Positions 11,970 to 21,960 of a DNA stretch of 64,000 bases are shown piece by piece. Under the pieces are notes generated by a model, which saw only the letters and a list, made by a program, of their open reading frames with translations, was not told the origin of the DNA and did not search any database. Positions within the stretch are counted from its first letter, which is position 1. Every line of letters starts with the position of its first letter. The translations under genes and the position numbers were made by a program. Location: assembly GCA_024235595.1 (NCBI GenBank), contig JACKMC010000008.1, positions 44,482 to 108,481 on the forward strand, given 5' to 3'. The DNA is from Zoogloeaceae bacterium (lineage in GTDB: Bacteria; Pseudomonadota; Gammaproteobacteria; Burkholderiales; Rhodocyclaceae).

Positions 11970-12099
11970 TGTTCTTCCTTGTGTGTTTGCGCGGGGCGCG
12001 CCATTCAGAGTAGGCAAGAACGAGTGTGGGCGCCAGTCGCCGGGAGATCGCCTTGCGAGGCGTATCGCGGTTGGAGCGCAGAGCGAGTGATGCGGCCAG

Positions 12100-12957
12100 C
12101 TAGCGCTTGGCCGTGAGCAGCGCCAGCGCTGCCGCGTGGAGCGGGGTGCCGGCACGGCCGAAGGCTTCGCAGATCGACAGGTGGTCGTCGTCGGGCATTG
12201 GCACGATGCGCGAGTGGCACTGCGGCCAGGCCTCGACGAGCAGCTTCAGTTGGCGCTTGAATTCGTCGCTTTCGCGACCACCCACTGCGGCAAGGATCGG
12301 CGCGGCATGGGCCGGTGCGTGGCGGATCGGGGAACAGCCGGCAACGAGTGCGTCGGTGAGATGCAGATCGGCCTGCAGGAAGGGCACCTTGCGCAGCGGC
12401 GCCAGCTCGACCAGCGGCGAGAGGGTGATGGCCGCGGCGATCATGTCGCCGGGCAGCGCCGCGTCGAGACCTGGCCAGTCGGTGGCGAGCGCCATGGCGG
12501 CGAGCTGTCCGCCGGCCGAATGCCCCGACACCACCATGCGACGGCGATCATGGCCGTGTGCCGGCGCCGCATGCCACAGCCAGGCCAGGCTGCGCCGGGT
12601 CTGGGCGACGATCTCGTCGAGCGGCGTGGCCGGGGCGAGGCCGTAGTTTACGATCGCCACCGCCACGCCGGCGTCGAGCCACGGCCGGGCAAGCCAGGCG
12701 AAGTCGTTCTTGTGCAGGCGGCGCCAGAAACCGCCGTGCAGGAAGACCAGCAGCGGCGGCGCCTTGGCCTGCGTGGGCGGCGCGAACAGATCCAGGGTTT
12801 CGTCGGGCGAGGCGCCGTAGGCGAGGTCGAGTCGCCCGCGCCCATCCGCAGACAGCTGTGCGCGGGCTTCGGCGCCCCGCGTGCCCCAGTCGGCGAGGAT
12901 CTGCATGAAGGCCGGGATCGCTGCGGCTACATCGTATTCGCGGGCGTAGTCGGTCAT
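12100..12957 (-). CDS. Alpha/beta hydrolase, arylformamidase (Afmid)-like
   Basis: ETLDLF, FLHGGFW, GHSAGG nucleophile elbow, ESDEFKRQ, C-terminal DDH. Confidence 0.8.
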   Translation of the reverse strand: MTDYAREYDVAAAIPAFMQILADWGTRGAEARAQLSADGRGRLDLAYGASPDETLDLFAPPTQAKAPPLLVFLHGGFWRRLHKNDFAWLARPWLDAGVAVAIVNYGLAPATPLDEIVAQTRRSLAWLWHAAPAHGHDRRRMVVSGHSAGGQLAAMALATDWPGLDAALPGDMIAAAITLSPLVELAPLRKVPFLQADLHLTDALVAGCSPIRHAPAHAAPILAAVGGRESDEFKRQLKLLVEAWPQCHSRIVPMPDDDHLSICEAFGRAGTPLHAAALALLTAKR

Positions 12958-12959
12958 CT

Positions 12960-13670
12960 TCAGACCCCCAGGTAGCGGTGCCACAGGCCGGGCTCGGCGG
13001 CCAGTGCGGCATTGTCGCCCTGCCAGCAGCTGCGCCCCTTTTCGATGAAGGTGTGGCGGTCGGCCACGCGAGTGAGCTCCTGCAGGTACTTGTCGATCAC
13101 CAGGATCGCCTGGCCGGCGGCCTTGAGCCGCGCCAGCACGGCCCAGATCTCCTTGCGGATGAGCGGCGAGAGCCCTTCGGTGGCTTCGTCGAGGATCAGC
13201 AGATGCGGATTGGTCATGAGTGCCCGTCCGATGGCGAGCATCTGCTGCTCGCCGCCCGAGAGCTGGTTGCCCATGTTGCCGGCACGCTCGGCCAGGCGCG
13301 GAAACAGCGCGTATACCCCTTCCAGTGTCCAGGGGCTGGCGCTGCCGTTGCGACGGTCGCGAAAGGCCACCAGGTTTTCGCGCACGCTGAGGTTGGGGAA
13401 GATCTGTCGACCTTCCGGCACGATCGCCAGGCCCATCTGCGCGATGCGCTCGGTGGGGCGGCCGTCGATGCGCTCGCCGAGAAAGCGGATCTCGCCCTGC
13501 CAGGCGGGCAGCTGGGCGAATATGGCTTTCAGTGTGGTGCTCTTGCCCATGCCGTTGCGGCCCAGCAGGGTGGCCACCTCGCCGACCCGCAGTTCCAGGT
13601 CCACGCCGAACAGCACCTGGCTCGGGCCGTAGCCGGTTGCGAGGTTTTCGATGCTCAGCAGGGCGCTCAT
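12960..13670 (-). CDS. HAAT ABC transporter ATP-binding protein (LivF-like)
   Basis: GRNGMGKST, VPEGRQIF, LSGGEQQMLAIGRAL, LDEATEGL. Confidence 0.92.
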   Translation of the reverse strand: MSALLSIENLATGYGPSQVLFGVDLELRVGEVATLLGRNGMGKSTTLKAIFAQLPAWQGEIRFLGERIDGRPTERIAQMGLAIVPEGRQIFPNLSVRENLVAFRDRRNGSASPWTLEGVYALFPRLAERAGNMGNQLSGGEQQMLAIGRALMTNPHLLILDEATEGLSPLIRKEIWAVLARLKAAGQAILVIDKYLQELTRVADRHTFIEKGRSCWQGDNAALAAEPGLWHRYLGV

Positions 13671-14434
13671 GCGGCGGCTCCGGCGTCGTGGTCGTCGCCC
13701 AGGTAGGCGGCGATCACCTGCGGGTCGCTGCGGATTTCGTCGACCGTGCCGCTGGCGATGACGCTGCCCGCCACCAGCACCGAGACCCGGTCGGCGAGGC
13801 GGAACACCGCGTCCATGTCGTGCTCCACCAGGATGAAGGTGCAGTGGCCGCGCAGCGACAGGATCAGCTTGCCCATCTGCCGGGACTCCTCGGGGTCGGT
13901 GCCGGCCATCGGCTCGTCGAGCAGCAGCAGCCGCGGCCCGCAGGCCAGCGCCATGCCGAGTTCGAGCTGGCGCTGGCGGCCGTGCGACAGCGTCGCCACC
14001 ACCTGCTCGAAAACGTCGCCGAGCCCGACTCTTGCGGCAATCTCCGCAGCCCCCTGGTCGAGCGCCGCTTCGTCGGCAACCGCGCCCAGCAGATCGAAGG
14101 AGTGGCCGCTGCGCGCCTGCACGGCAAGGGCCAGGTTCTCGCGTACCGACAGGCGTTCGAAGAGCTTGGTGATCTGGAAGGAGCGCGCCACCCCGGCGGC
14201 CACCCGCTTGTGGATCGGCAGGCGGGTGATGTCCTTGCCGTCGAAGAGGATGCGGCCGCTGTCCGGCGCGAGCTCGCCCGACAGTTGGGCCAGCAGCGTG
14301 GTCTTGCCGGCACCGTTGGGGCCAATCAGGGCGTGAATCTCGCCGCGGGCGACTTCCAGATTGCAGTGGTCGGTGGCGAGCAGACCGCCAAAGCGCTTCA
14401 CCAGGCCCTGCGCCTGCAACAGTGCCGGGTTCAT
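13667..14434 (-). CDS. HAAT ABC transporter ATP-binding protein (LivG-like)
   Basis: GPNGAGKTT, RSFQIT, LLDEPMAG, VEHDMD, AYLG. Confidence 0.92.
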   Translation of the reverse strand: MNPALLQAQGLVKRFGGLLATDHCNLEVARGEIHALIGPNGAGKTTLLAQLSGELAPDSGRILFDGKDITRLPIHKRVAAGVARSFQITKLFERLSVRENLALAVQARSGHSFDLLGAVADEAALDQGAAEIAARVGLGDVFEQVVATLSHGRQRQLELGMALACGPRLLLLDEPMAGTDPEESRQMGKLILSLRGHCTFILVEHDMDAVFRLADRVSVLVAGSVIASGTVDEIRSDPQVIAAYLGDDHDAGAAA

Positions 14435-15402
14435 GCGCGCTCAGCCTTTGCCGGCTTGCGGCGCAGGCTCATGATGCCCTCGGGCGCCACCAGGACAATG
14501 AACAGCAGCAGCGCGCCGAGCCACAGGTTCCAGTGCTCGGTATGGGTCGAGATGCTCTCTTCGAGCAGCATGTAGATCGCCGCGCCGGTGAGCCCGCCCC
14601 AGAAATAGCCCGAGCCGCCGAGGATCACCATGACGATGAGGATGCCGCTCTGGTGCCAGGTGAGCAGGTGGGGGGTGACGCCGAGGCTGAGATTGGCGAG
14701 CAGGGCGCCGGCCAGGCCGGCCAGCCCGCCCGACAGCGTGAAGGCCGCCAGCTTGAGCCGATAGACCGGGTAGCCGATGGCGGCCATGCGCTGCTCGTTC
14801 TCGCGGATCGCCACCAGCGCGCGGCCGAAGCGCGAGGCGGCCAGCCGGTAGAGCAGCATGAAGGCCAGCCCGGCCAGCGCCAGCACGAAGTAGTAGAAGC
14901 CGATGTCGTCGCCCAGCGAGAGCCCCGGCAGCTCGACCCGGGCCAGCATCGGCAGTCCGTCGTCGCCGCCCAGGCCGCGCAGCGACACCGCCAGGTAGTA
15001 GAAGATCTGCGCGAAAGCCAGCGTGATCATGATGAAGTACACGCCCCGGGTGCGCAGCGACACCGCCCCGATGAGCGCCGCACCGGCCGCCGCGGCAATC
15101 ACCGCCAGCGGCATCGCCAGCCAGGCCGGGGCGCTGCCGCCCTGGGCGAGCAGCGCCACCGTATAGCCACCGATACCCAGGAACGCAGCGTGGCCGAGGC
15201 TGATCATGCCGCCGTAGCCAAGCACCAGGTTGAGCGCGCTGGCGGCCAGGGCGAGGATCAGCACCCGGCTGCCGAGACCGATGTAGAAGTCCTGGCCGGC
15301 CACGCTCATCAGCAGTGGATAGATCGCCAGCGCGACTGCCACGCCGATCGCGCTCCAGGCGCTCGGCAGGCCTTGCGTCAGCGGCGTGGGCGTGCTCGGC
15401 AT
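14431..15402 (-). CDS. HAAT ABC transporter permease (LivM-like)
   Basis: Hydrophobic; GYGGMISLGHAAF, GVYFIMITLAF, SRFGRALVAIRENE. Confidence 0.92.
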   Translation of the reverse strand: MPSTPTPLTQGLPSAWSAIGVAVALAIYPLLMSVAGQDFYIGLGSRVLILALAASALNLVLGYGGMISLGHAAFLGIGGYTVALLAQGGSAPAWLAMPLAVIAAAAGAALIGAVSLRTRGVYFIMITLAFAQIFYYLAVSLRGLGGDDGLPMLARVELPGLSLGDDIGFYYFVLALAGLAFMLLYRLAASRFGRALVAIRENEQRMAAIGYPVYRLKLAAFTLSGGLAGLAGALLANLSLGVTPHLLTWHQSGILIVMVILGGSGYFWGGLTGAAIYMLLEESISTHTEHWNLWLGALLLFIVLVAPEGIMSLRRKPAKAERA

Positions 15403-15405
15403 CGC

Positions 15406-16326
15406 TCAGCCCCTTGCCGGAAACAGGCCCTGGGGCCGGAAATAGAGCACCGCCACCATCAGCAGGCTGACCGCCATCGACGCCAGCGTGGGGCCCACCG
15501 AATTGGCGGTGGCCGGATCGCTCACCGCCTTGAGCAGCAGGGTCAGCAGCACCCGGCCGACGGTATCGATCATGCCCACCAGCAGCGAGCCGACCAGCGC
15601 GCCGCGCATCGAGCCGATGCCGCCGATCACGATCACCTCGAAGGCCGGAATGAGGATGCTCTCGCCCATGCCGACGTTGACCGCCAGCAGCGGCCCCAGC
15701 AGCGCGCCGGCGAGCGCACACAGGCCCGCGCCGAGCGCGAAGACGAAGGTGAACAGGGGCTGGATGCGCACCCCCATGACCGCGGCCATCCCGGGGTTGG
15801 AGGCTCCGGCGCGCATCCACATGCCGATGCGGGTGCGGTTCACCAGCAGATACAGGCCGAGCGCCACCAGCACGCCGACGACGATGATGAGCATCCTGAA
15901 CCTGGGGTAGTAGAGCTCGTCCTCGACCAGCTCGATCGGGCCATAGAGCATCTCCGGCACCGGCAGCATCAGCGGCTGGGCACCGAAGATGATCTTCACC
16001 GACTCGTTGGCGATGAGGATCAGCGCGAAAGTGGCCAGCACCTGCGAGAGGTGGCTCATCTTCTGCAAACGGCGGTACAGCGTCTGTTCGAGCAGCGCGC
16101 CGATCAGCGCGGTGGCGAGGATCGCCAGCAGCAGCGCCGCCAGGTAGTTTTCGAGGTGCTGGTAGAAGGCGGCCGCCAGGAAGGCGCCGATCATGTACAG
16201 CGAGCCGTGGGCGAGATTGATCACGTCCATGATGCCGAACACCAGCGTCAGCCCGGCTGCCAGCAGGAACAGCATGAGGCCGTACTGGAGGCCGTTGAGA
16301 CCTTGTTCGAGGAGCAAGTAGAGCAT
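15406..16326 (-). CDS. HAAT ABC transporter permease (LivH-like)
   Basis: GLTLVFGIMDVINLAHGSLYMIGA, RTRIGMWMRAG, VIGGIGSMRGA. Confidence 0.92.
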   Translation of the reverse strand: MLYLLLEQGLNGLQYGLMLFLLAAGLTLVFGIMDVINLAHGSLYMIGAFLAAAFYQHLENYLAALLLAILATALIGALLEQTLYRRLQKMSHLSQVLATFALILIANESVKIIFGAQPLMLPVPEMLYGPIELVEDELYYPRFRMLIIVVGVLVALGLYLLVNRTRIGMWMRAGASNPGMAAVMGVRIQPLFTFVFALGAGLCALAGALLGPLLAVNVGMGESILIPAFEVIVIGGIGSMRGALVGSLLVGMIDTVGRVLLTLLLKAVSDPATANSVGPTLASMAVSLLMVAVLYFRPQGLFPARG

Positions 16327-16458
16327 GCAGACGATCCGTTGGGCCGGCGCCCGGCCGGTCGCGGCGATTGTTGGGGGATGTCAGGCCGCGGATGACGGTT
16401 CGGGCGCGGCCGGGCTGCCCGCCTCGGCACGCGGCCGAGCCCGGGCGCCCGGCGGTGC

Positions 16459-17628
16459 CTACATCTTGCAGTCCTTGGCGTAGGCGTCGACGTGGGCGTC
16501 CATCACCTTGGCGACGAACTTGTTGCTGACGCTGCCGTCGGCATTCTTCACCACCTGGCGCAGGTAGTAGGGCTGGATCGGATAGTGGTTGTTGCCGAGG
16601 CGGTATTCACCGCGTACCGAGGGAGCCTTGACGGTCTCGAACGCCTTGCGCAGGGCGGCCTTGTCGTCGACCTTGCCGCCCACCGCCTTCACCGCGGCGT
16701 CGATCAGCAGCGCCGCGTCGTAGCCCTGCGAGGCGTAGAGCGTGGGCAGGCGGCCGGTTTCCTTCTCGAAGTCGGCGACGAAGCGCTTGTTGGCCGGGTT
16801 GTCCATCTCGCGATACCAGTGGGTGGTGTTGTAGAGCCCTTCCATCGCCGGCCCCACCGCCTTGACCACGTCTTCGTCACCCGAGAATCCCGGGGCGAAG
16901 ATCGGTACCTTCTTCATCATCCCGGACTGGGCATACTGCTTGATGAAATTGATGCCCATGCCGCCGGGCAGGAAGATGTACACCGCATCGGCACCCGCGG
17001 CGCGGATCTGTGCGATCTCGGCCGAGTAGTCGAGCTGGCCGAGCTTGCTGTAGATCTCGTCGGCGATGTCGCCCTTGTAGAAGCGCTTGAAGCCGGTGAG
17101 CGCGTCCTTGCCGGCCGGGTAGTTGGGTGCCAGCAGGGCGACGCTCTTGATGCCCTGGTCCTGCACACGCTTGCCCATCGCTTCGTGCAGGTTGTCGTTC
17201 TGCCAGGCAACGTTGAAGAAGTAGGGGCTGCAGCCTTCGCCGGCAAGCTGGCTGGGGCCGGCGTTGGCGCTGATGTAGAAGGTTTCCGCGCCGATGAAGG
17301 CCGGCGCAACCGCCAGCATGATGTTGGAGAACACCACGCCGGTGGCGATGTCGATCTTGTCCTTCTTGAGAAAGCGCTCGGTGATCTGCTTGGCGGTATC
17401 CGGGTTCTGGGCGTCGTCGGCGGTGATCACTTCGGTGGGCAGGCCGCCCAGCTTGCCGCCCAGATGCTTCACGGCAAGATCGAAGCCGTCGCGGATGTCG
17501 ATGCCGAGCCCCGATGCCGGGCCGGAGAGGGTGGTCATCATGCCGATCTTGAGCGCATCGGCTGCCGGCACGACCCCGGCGGCCAACAACATGGCACAGC
17601 CCAGGGCAATCTTCTTCATGTGGTGCAT
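16459..17628 (-). CDS. HAAT ABC transporter substrate-binding protein (possibly binds an aromatic acid)
   Basis: Signal peptide; KIGMMTTLSGP, SANAGPSQLAGEGCSPYFF, NYPAGKD; GAGGAG RBS. Confidence 0.9.
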   Translation of the reverse strand: MHHMKKIALGCAMLLAAGVVPAADALKIGMMTTLSGPASGLGIDIRDGFDLAVKHLGGKLGGLPTEVITADDAQNPDTAKQITERFLKKDKIDIATGVVFSNIMLAVAPAFIGAETFYISANAGPSQLAGEGCSPYFFNVAWQNDNLHEAMGKRVQDQGIKSVALLAPNYPAGKDALTGFKRFYKGDIADEIYSKLGQLDYSAEIAQIRAAGADAVYIFLPGGMGINFIKQYAQSGMMKKVPIFAPGFSGDEDVVKAVGPAMEGLYNTTHWYREMDNPANKRFVADFEKETGRLPTLYASQGYDAALLIDAAVKAVGGKVDDKAALRKAFETVKAPSVRGEYRLGNNHYPIQPYYLRQVVKNADGSVSNKFVAKVMDAHVDAYAKDCKM

Positions 17629-17791
17629 CGTTTTCTCCTCGGGGGTCTCGGTTCAGCCGTGATCTTCGCATGGCGGACCGCCTAGGATATCGCGAAGCCG
17701 CGCCGCCGGTGACGTTCAGGGCCGTTGCTCGAGCGTCCCGGGGGCCATGTGCGGTGCCGCCCGGCGGGTTCGCAAGGGTTCCCGGTTCAAT

Positions 17792-17816
17792 TTCGTTCGA
17801 AGTGGACTAGAACGAA
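17792..17816. promoter_or_regulatory. Inverted repeat, candidate operator between the divergent SBP and hemerythrin genes
   Basis: TTCGTTC-N11-GAACGAA. Confidence 0.35.
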
Positions 17817-17943
17817 TCGAGGCGTCATGGCCCGGGATCGGTCCTTCCGGCCTGGCCGTGGTGTCGAGATCCATCGAAGGGCGCCGCCGCTCGCCGGCAG
17901 TCCCATCCATGGCGAGCAAATCGCAGATGCGCGGGAGGCTCTC

Positions 17944-18459
17944 ATGAACACTGAAACCGCACTGTTCAACCGCATCCAGTCGCTCGATCTCTCAGTCGCC
18001 AAGCTGGTCCAGTGGGGCGAGCATCTCTCGGTCGAACACCCGGGCATCGATGCCCAGCACAAGGCGATCTTCGATCTCGGCGCGCGGATCCACGAGCATT
18101 GGCGCCACGGCGGCGTGGTCGACGAGCTGCGGCCGTCGGTCGACAAGCTGGTCAACATGTTGCAGGTGCATTTCGCCTATGAGGAGCGCCTGCTCGGCGA
18201 AATCGGCTATGCCGACCTCAAGCAGCATGCCGCCGAGCATCGCAACATGCTCGACGACCTCGAGCTCATCCACGAGCGCTTCCACAGGATCGTCGATGGG
18301 CACGAAGCGCGCGGCGGGTCGCTGCTCGCACCGGGTTGGCCGATCATGCAGTTCATGCTCGGGGTCACCGTAGGCCATGTGATGACCAGCGACATGAGCT
18401 ATTGCAAGGCCTTGATCGCCAGCCGCGATGGCGAGGAACGGTTCCAGGGGCTGGCCTGA
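17944..18459 (+). CDS. Single-domain bacteriohemerythrin
   Basis: W...LSV...IDAQH, HFAYEE, HAAEH, HVMTSD: the complete di-iron ligand set; GGAGG RBS. Confidence 0.88.
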   Translation: MNTETALFNRIQSLDLSVAKLVQWGEHLSVEHPGIDAQHKAIFDLGARIHEHWRHGGVVDELRPSVDKLVNMLQVHFAYEERLLGEIGYADLKQHAAEHRNMLDDLELIHERFHRIVDGHEARGGSLLAPGWPIMQFMLGVTVGHVMTSDMSYCKALIASRDGEERFQGLA

Positions 18460-18538
18460 TCGAGCCGGCCTCACGCGTTCGCCGCACGCCAGGGCATTGC
18501 TCGAGGCTGCGCTCGTGCTGTGAGCGTTCAACGGGCCT

Positions 18539-19660
18539 TCAGTCGAGCGTGCGGCGAAAGGTCTTGATGCCAAGTGCCAGCACCGCGAGCATGAAGACGC
18601 CGATTGGCCACACATGGCCCCACAGCAGGTCGAGTCCGTTGCCCTTCAGCAGGATCCCGCGTACCAGCACCAGAAAATGGGTCAGCGGCAGCACGTTGCC
18701 GATCACCTGGGCCCATTCGGGCATGCCGCGAAACGGAAACATGAAACCCGACAGCAGCATCGAAGGCAGGAAGAAGAAAAAGGTCATCTGCATCGCCTGG
18801 AGCTGGTTTTGGGCGATCGAGCTGAAGGTGATGCCCAGCGTGAGGTTGGCGAGGATGAACAGCAGCACTACCGCGAACAGCAGCAGCAGGCTGCCCTGCA
18901 TCGGCACCTCGAAGATCAGCCGCGCCGCCACCAGCACCAGCGCCACCTGGATCAGCCCGATGAGGATGTAGGGCACGATCTTGCCGGTCATCACCTCGAG
19001 CGGCGTGGCCGGCGTGGCGAGCAGATTCTCGAAGGTGCCGCGCTCGCGCTCGCGGGTCATGGCGAGGCCGGTCATGAGGATCATGGTCATGGTCAGGATC
19101 ACCCCCAGCAAGCCCGGCACCACGTTGAATGCGGTGATGCCCTCGGGGTTGTAGCGGCGATGGATGCGCAGCTCGATGGGCGCAGTGCCCGCCGCCCTCA
19201 CGCCGGGCAGGTCGGGGGCGAACACCTCGATGCCGAGCTTGTTGAGCACCGAGATCGCGCCGCTGGTTGCCATCGGGTCGGTGGCGTCCGCCTCCACCAG
19301 CAGGACTGGCGTGCTGCCACGTACCAGGTCGCGATTGAAACCCACCGGGAAGGTCACCACGAACTGCACTTCGCCACGGTCAAGCAGGGTGTCGGCGTCG
19401 CGCGCATCGACCGTGCCGACGATGCGGAAATACTCGCTGTTCTTCATCGCGGCCACATAGGCCCGTGCGAACGGGCCGGGGTCGGCCATCACCACCGCGG
19501 TGGGCATGTGCCGGGGGTCCGAATTGATGGCGAAGCCGAACAGCAGCAACTGCATGATCGGCATCATCACGATCATGCCGAAGGTCAGCCTGTCGCGGCG
19601 CAGCTGGATGAACTCCTTGATCAGGATGCCGAGCCAACGGGAGAAGGAAAAACCGTTCAT
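18539..19660 (-). CDS. ABC-2 exporter permease (YbhR/S-like)
   Basis: KEFIQLRRDR, RERERGTFENLLATP, LLSGFMFP. Confidence 0.9.
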   Translation of the reverse strand: MNGFSFSRWLGILIKEFIQLRRDRLTFGMIVMMPIMQLLLFGFAINSDPRHMPTAVVMADPGPFARAYVAAMKNSEYFRIVGTVDARDADTLLDRGEVQFVVTFPVGFNRDLVRGSTPVLLVEADATDPMATSGAISVLNKLGIEVFAPDLPGVRAAGTAPIELRIHRRYNPEGITAFNVVPGLLGVILTMTMILMTGLAMTRERERGTFENLLATPATPLEVMTGKIVPYILIGLIQVALVLVAARLIFEVPMQGSLLLLFAVVLLFILANLTLGITFSSIAQNQLQAMQMTFFFFLPSMLLSGFMFPFRGMPEWAQVIGNVLPLTHFLVLVRGILLKGNGLDLLWGHVWPIGVFMLAVLALGIKTFRRTLD

Positions 19661-20595
19661 GCCGGCATCTCGAACTGGTCGCGGCTGCCCTGCATGAGAT
19701 TGATGAAGGCATCTTCCAGCGAGGTGTCGACACGGCGCATGTGCAGCGCGAGGCCGGCGATGTGCCCGGCGAGGCTGCGTTCGAGCAGTGCGTCGTCATG
19801 TCCGCTGACATGCAGCGTGCTGCCGAAACTCGCCACCAGCACCGCGCCCGGCAGTTTGCGCAGCGCTTCGGCGAGGCCGGGTCCGCTCTCGCCGCTGATC
19901 GCGAAGGTGACCAGCTGCTGGCTGCGCACGATCTCCTCGGCGCTGCCCGATGCCAGCAGTTCGCCGTAGGCGATATAGCCGAGGCGGTTGCAGCGTTCGG
20001 CCTCGTCCATGTAGTGGGTGGACACCAGCACGGTGATTCCCGTCGCCGCGAGGCGATGGATCTCCTCCCAGAAGTCACGGCGGGCCTTTGGATCGACCCC
20101 CGCGGTGGGCTCGTCGAGCAACAGCAGCCTGGGCTCGTGCAGCAGGCAGGAGGCGAGCGCCAGGCGTTGCTTCCAGCCCCCCGAGAGGGTGCCGGCGAGC
20201 TGCCTGCGGCGACTCGTCAGGCCAAGATCCTCGAGCGCCCGGTCAACCGTCTCGCGGCGGCGCGCCATGCCGAACATGCGGGCCACGAAGTCGAGGTTCT
20301 CGGCAATCGTGAGGTCCTCCCACAGCGAGAAGCGCTGGGTCATGTAGCCCACCTTGCGCTTGATGCGGGCACTGTCGCGGATCACGTCGAAGCCGAGGCA
20401 GCTGCCACTGCCGCTGTCGGGTGTGAGCAGGCCGCACAACATGCGGATCGAGGTGGTCTTGCCGCTGCCGTTGGGGCCGAGAAAACCGAAGATCTCGCCT
20501 TCGCTCACCTGCAACGACAAGTCCTTGACCACATGCTTGTCGCCAAAGCGCTTGTTCAGGCCGGTGACGTCGATGATCGGGGCGGCTGCCTTCAC
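19657..20595 (-). CDS. ABC exporter ATP-binding protein (YbhF-like)
   Basis: GPNGSGKTT, LSGGWKQRLAL, LDEPTAGVDP, STHYMDEAE; probable GTG start at 20595. Confidence 0.9.
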   Translation of the reverse strand: MKAAAPIIDVTGLNKRFGDKHVVKDLSLQVSEGEIFGFLGPNGSGKTTSIRMLCGLLTPDSGSGSCLGFDVIRDSARIKRKVGYMTQRFSLWEDLTIAENLDFVARMFGMARRRETVDRALEDLGLTSRRRQLAGTLSGGWKQRLALASCLLHEPRLLLLDEPTAGVDPKARRDFWEEIHRLAATGITVLVSTHYMDEAERCNRLGYIAYGELLASGSAEEIVRSQQLVTFAISGESGPGLAEALRKLPGAVLVASFGSTLHVSGHDDALLERSLAGHIAGLALHMRRVDTSLEDAFINLMQGSRDQFEMPA

Positions 20596-20596
20596 C

Positions 20597-21562
20597 TCAC
20601 TGCCCCGCAACGGTAACGTCGAGCGGCAGGCCAGGGCGCAGGCGGGTGGCGTCTTCCGGCGAGGGCGCGGCTTCGACCCTGAACACCAGCTTCTCGCGGC
20701 TGCCGCGGCTGTAGATCACCGGCGGGGTGTATTCCGCCTGAGGTGAGATGAAATCGATGGTGGCACGGACCGGGGCCGGGCAGCCATCACACCGCGCCTC
20801 GACGAGTTGGCCGATGCGTAGCGTCGCGAGTTCGCTCTCCGGGACGAAGAAGCGCAGTCGTCGCCTCGAATCGGGCAGCAGGCTGGCCACCGGGCTGCCC
20901 GCCGGCACCCATTCGCCGGGGCGGTAATAGGTATCGCTCACTTCGCCGGCGAGCGGCGCGCTGACCGTCTTGCGCTCCACCGCCCAACGCTTCTGGGCGA
21001 CCAGCGCATCGGCGGCCCGCACCTCGGCTTCGGCACCCAGGACTTCGGGCTCGCGGCCCAGCGAATCGCGATAGCTGGCGATGCGTTGCCTCGCAGCCTC
21101 CGCCTGGGCGGCCGCGGCCTTTTGCGTGCTGCGGGCTTCGTCGAGCACACTGGCGGCGACGAAGTTGCGTCCTGCCAGCGCCTGCTGACGGGCCAGTGCA
21201 GCGTTGGCGAGGGCCAGGCTCGCCTGTGCGGCACGCAGTTCGGCTTGGAGCGCCGCGATCTCGGATGTACGCCGCGGCGCCTTGAGATTGTCCACGCCTT
21301 GCCGCGCCGCCTCGGCCCGCGAGCGGGCCTCCGCGAGCGCTTCGGCATCGGGATCGGCGGCGATCGCGAAGAGCGTCTGTCCAGGCTGAACGCGGCTGCC
21401 GCGCTCGGCAGCGAGCGTGCCCAGATAGCCCGCCTGCGGCGCGGCGAGGTAGAGGAAATCGCCTTCGACATAACCTTGATAGCCCACCTGCGCGGGTTCG
21501 CCGCATGCGCCCAGCATGGTTGTCGCGGCAATCGTTGCGAGGATGCCTGGGAATCGATTCAT
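20597..21562 (-). CDS. HlyD-family membrane fusion lipoprotein (YbhG-like)
   Basis: Lipobox MLGAC, GYVEG, coiled coil, AEYTPPVIYS, LRPGLP. Confidence 0.88.
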   Translation of the reverse strand: MNRFPGILATIAATTMLGACGEPAQVGYQGYVEGDFLYLAAPQAGYLGTLAAERGSRVQPGQTLFAIAADPDAEALAEARSRAEAARQGVDNLKAPRRTSEIAALQAELRAAQASLALANAALARQQALAGRNFVAASVLDEARSTQKAAAAQAEAARQRIASYRDSLGREPEVLGAEAEVRAADALVAQKRWAVERKTVSAPLAGEVSDTYYRPGEWVPAGSPVASLLPDSRRRLRFFVPESELATLRIGQLVEARCDGCPAPVRATIDFISPQAEYTPPVIYSRGSREKLVFRVEAAPSPEDATRLRPGLPLDVTVAGQ

Positions 21563-21960
21563 GCGCTGGCGCTCCCGACGGACGCAGGGTAAGGCAACAG
21601 TTCGACCAACTGGCGCAGCGCGGCCCTGAGTTTCAGCTCGCCTTGCCGTCCGGGCTTGAGCACCGCGAGGCCCAGGACCGTATCGCGCAGGGATGCTCGC
21701 ACCCTCGGCAGGAGGGCCGCCGCCGTGGCCGACATTGCAGGCGTGTCCGCCCCTGCGCTGTCCAGCGGCCTTGCCAGCGCCGGCTCCACCGAGGAATCGG
21801 CGCTTGCCGGCAAGCGCTTGGTGCGGGTCGGGCAACGATAGCTGAGGTGGCGCCGGATCATCCCAGCGGCCTTGGCCACCCGCGGCAGGGAGCGTGCCGC
21901 AGGTCCGTGCTCGTGAAACAGGGCGAAAGCGGATTCGAGAAGGCGGCGCGCTACGCTCAT
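21559..21960 (-). pseudogene. Degenerate TetR-family regulator
   Basis: [41 protein letters not shown] follows the TetR HTH pattern with many conserved residues replaced; only 133 aa; GAGGA RBS; ATGA overlap with the HlyD gene. Confidence 0.5.
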
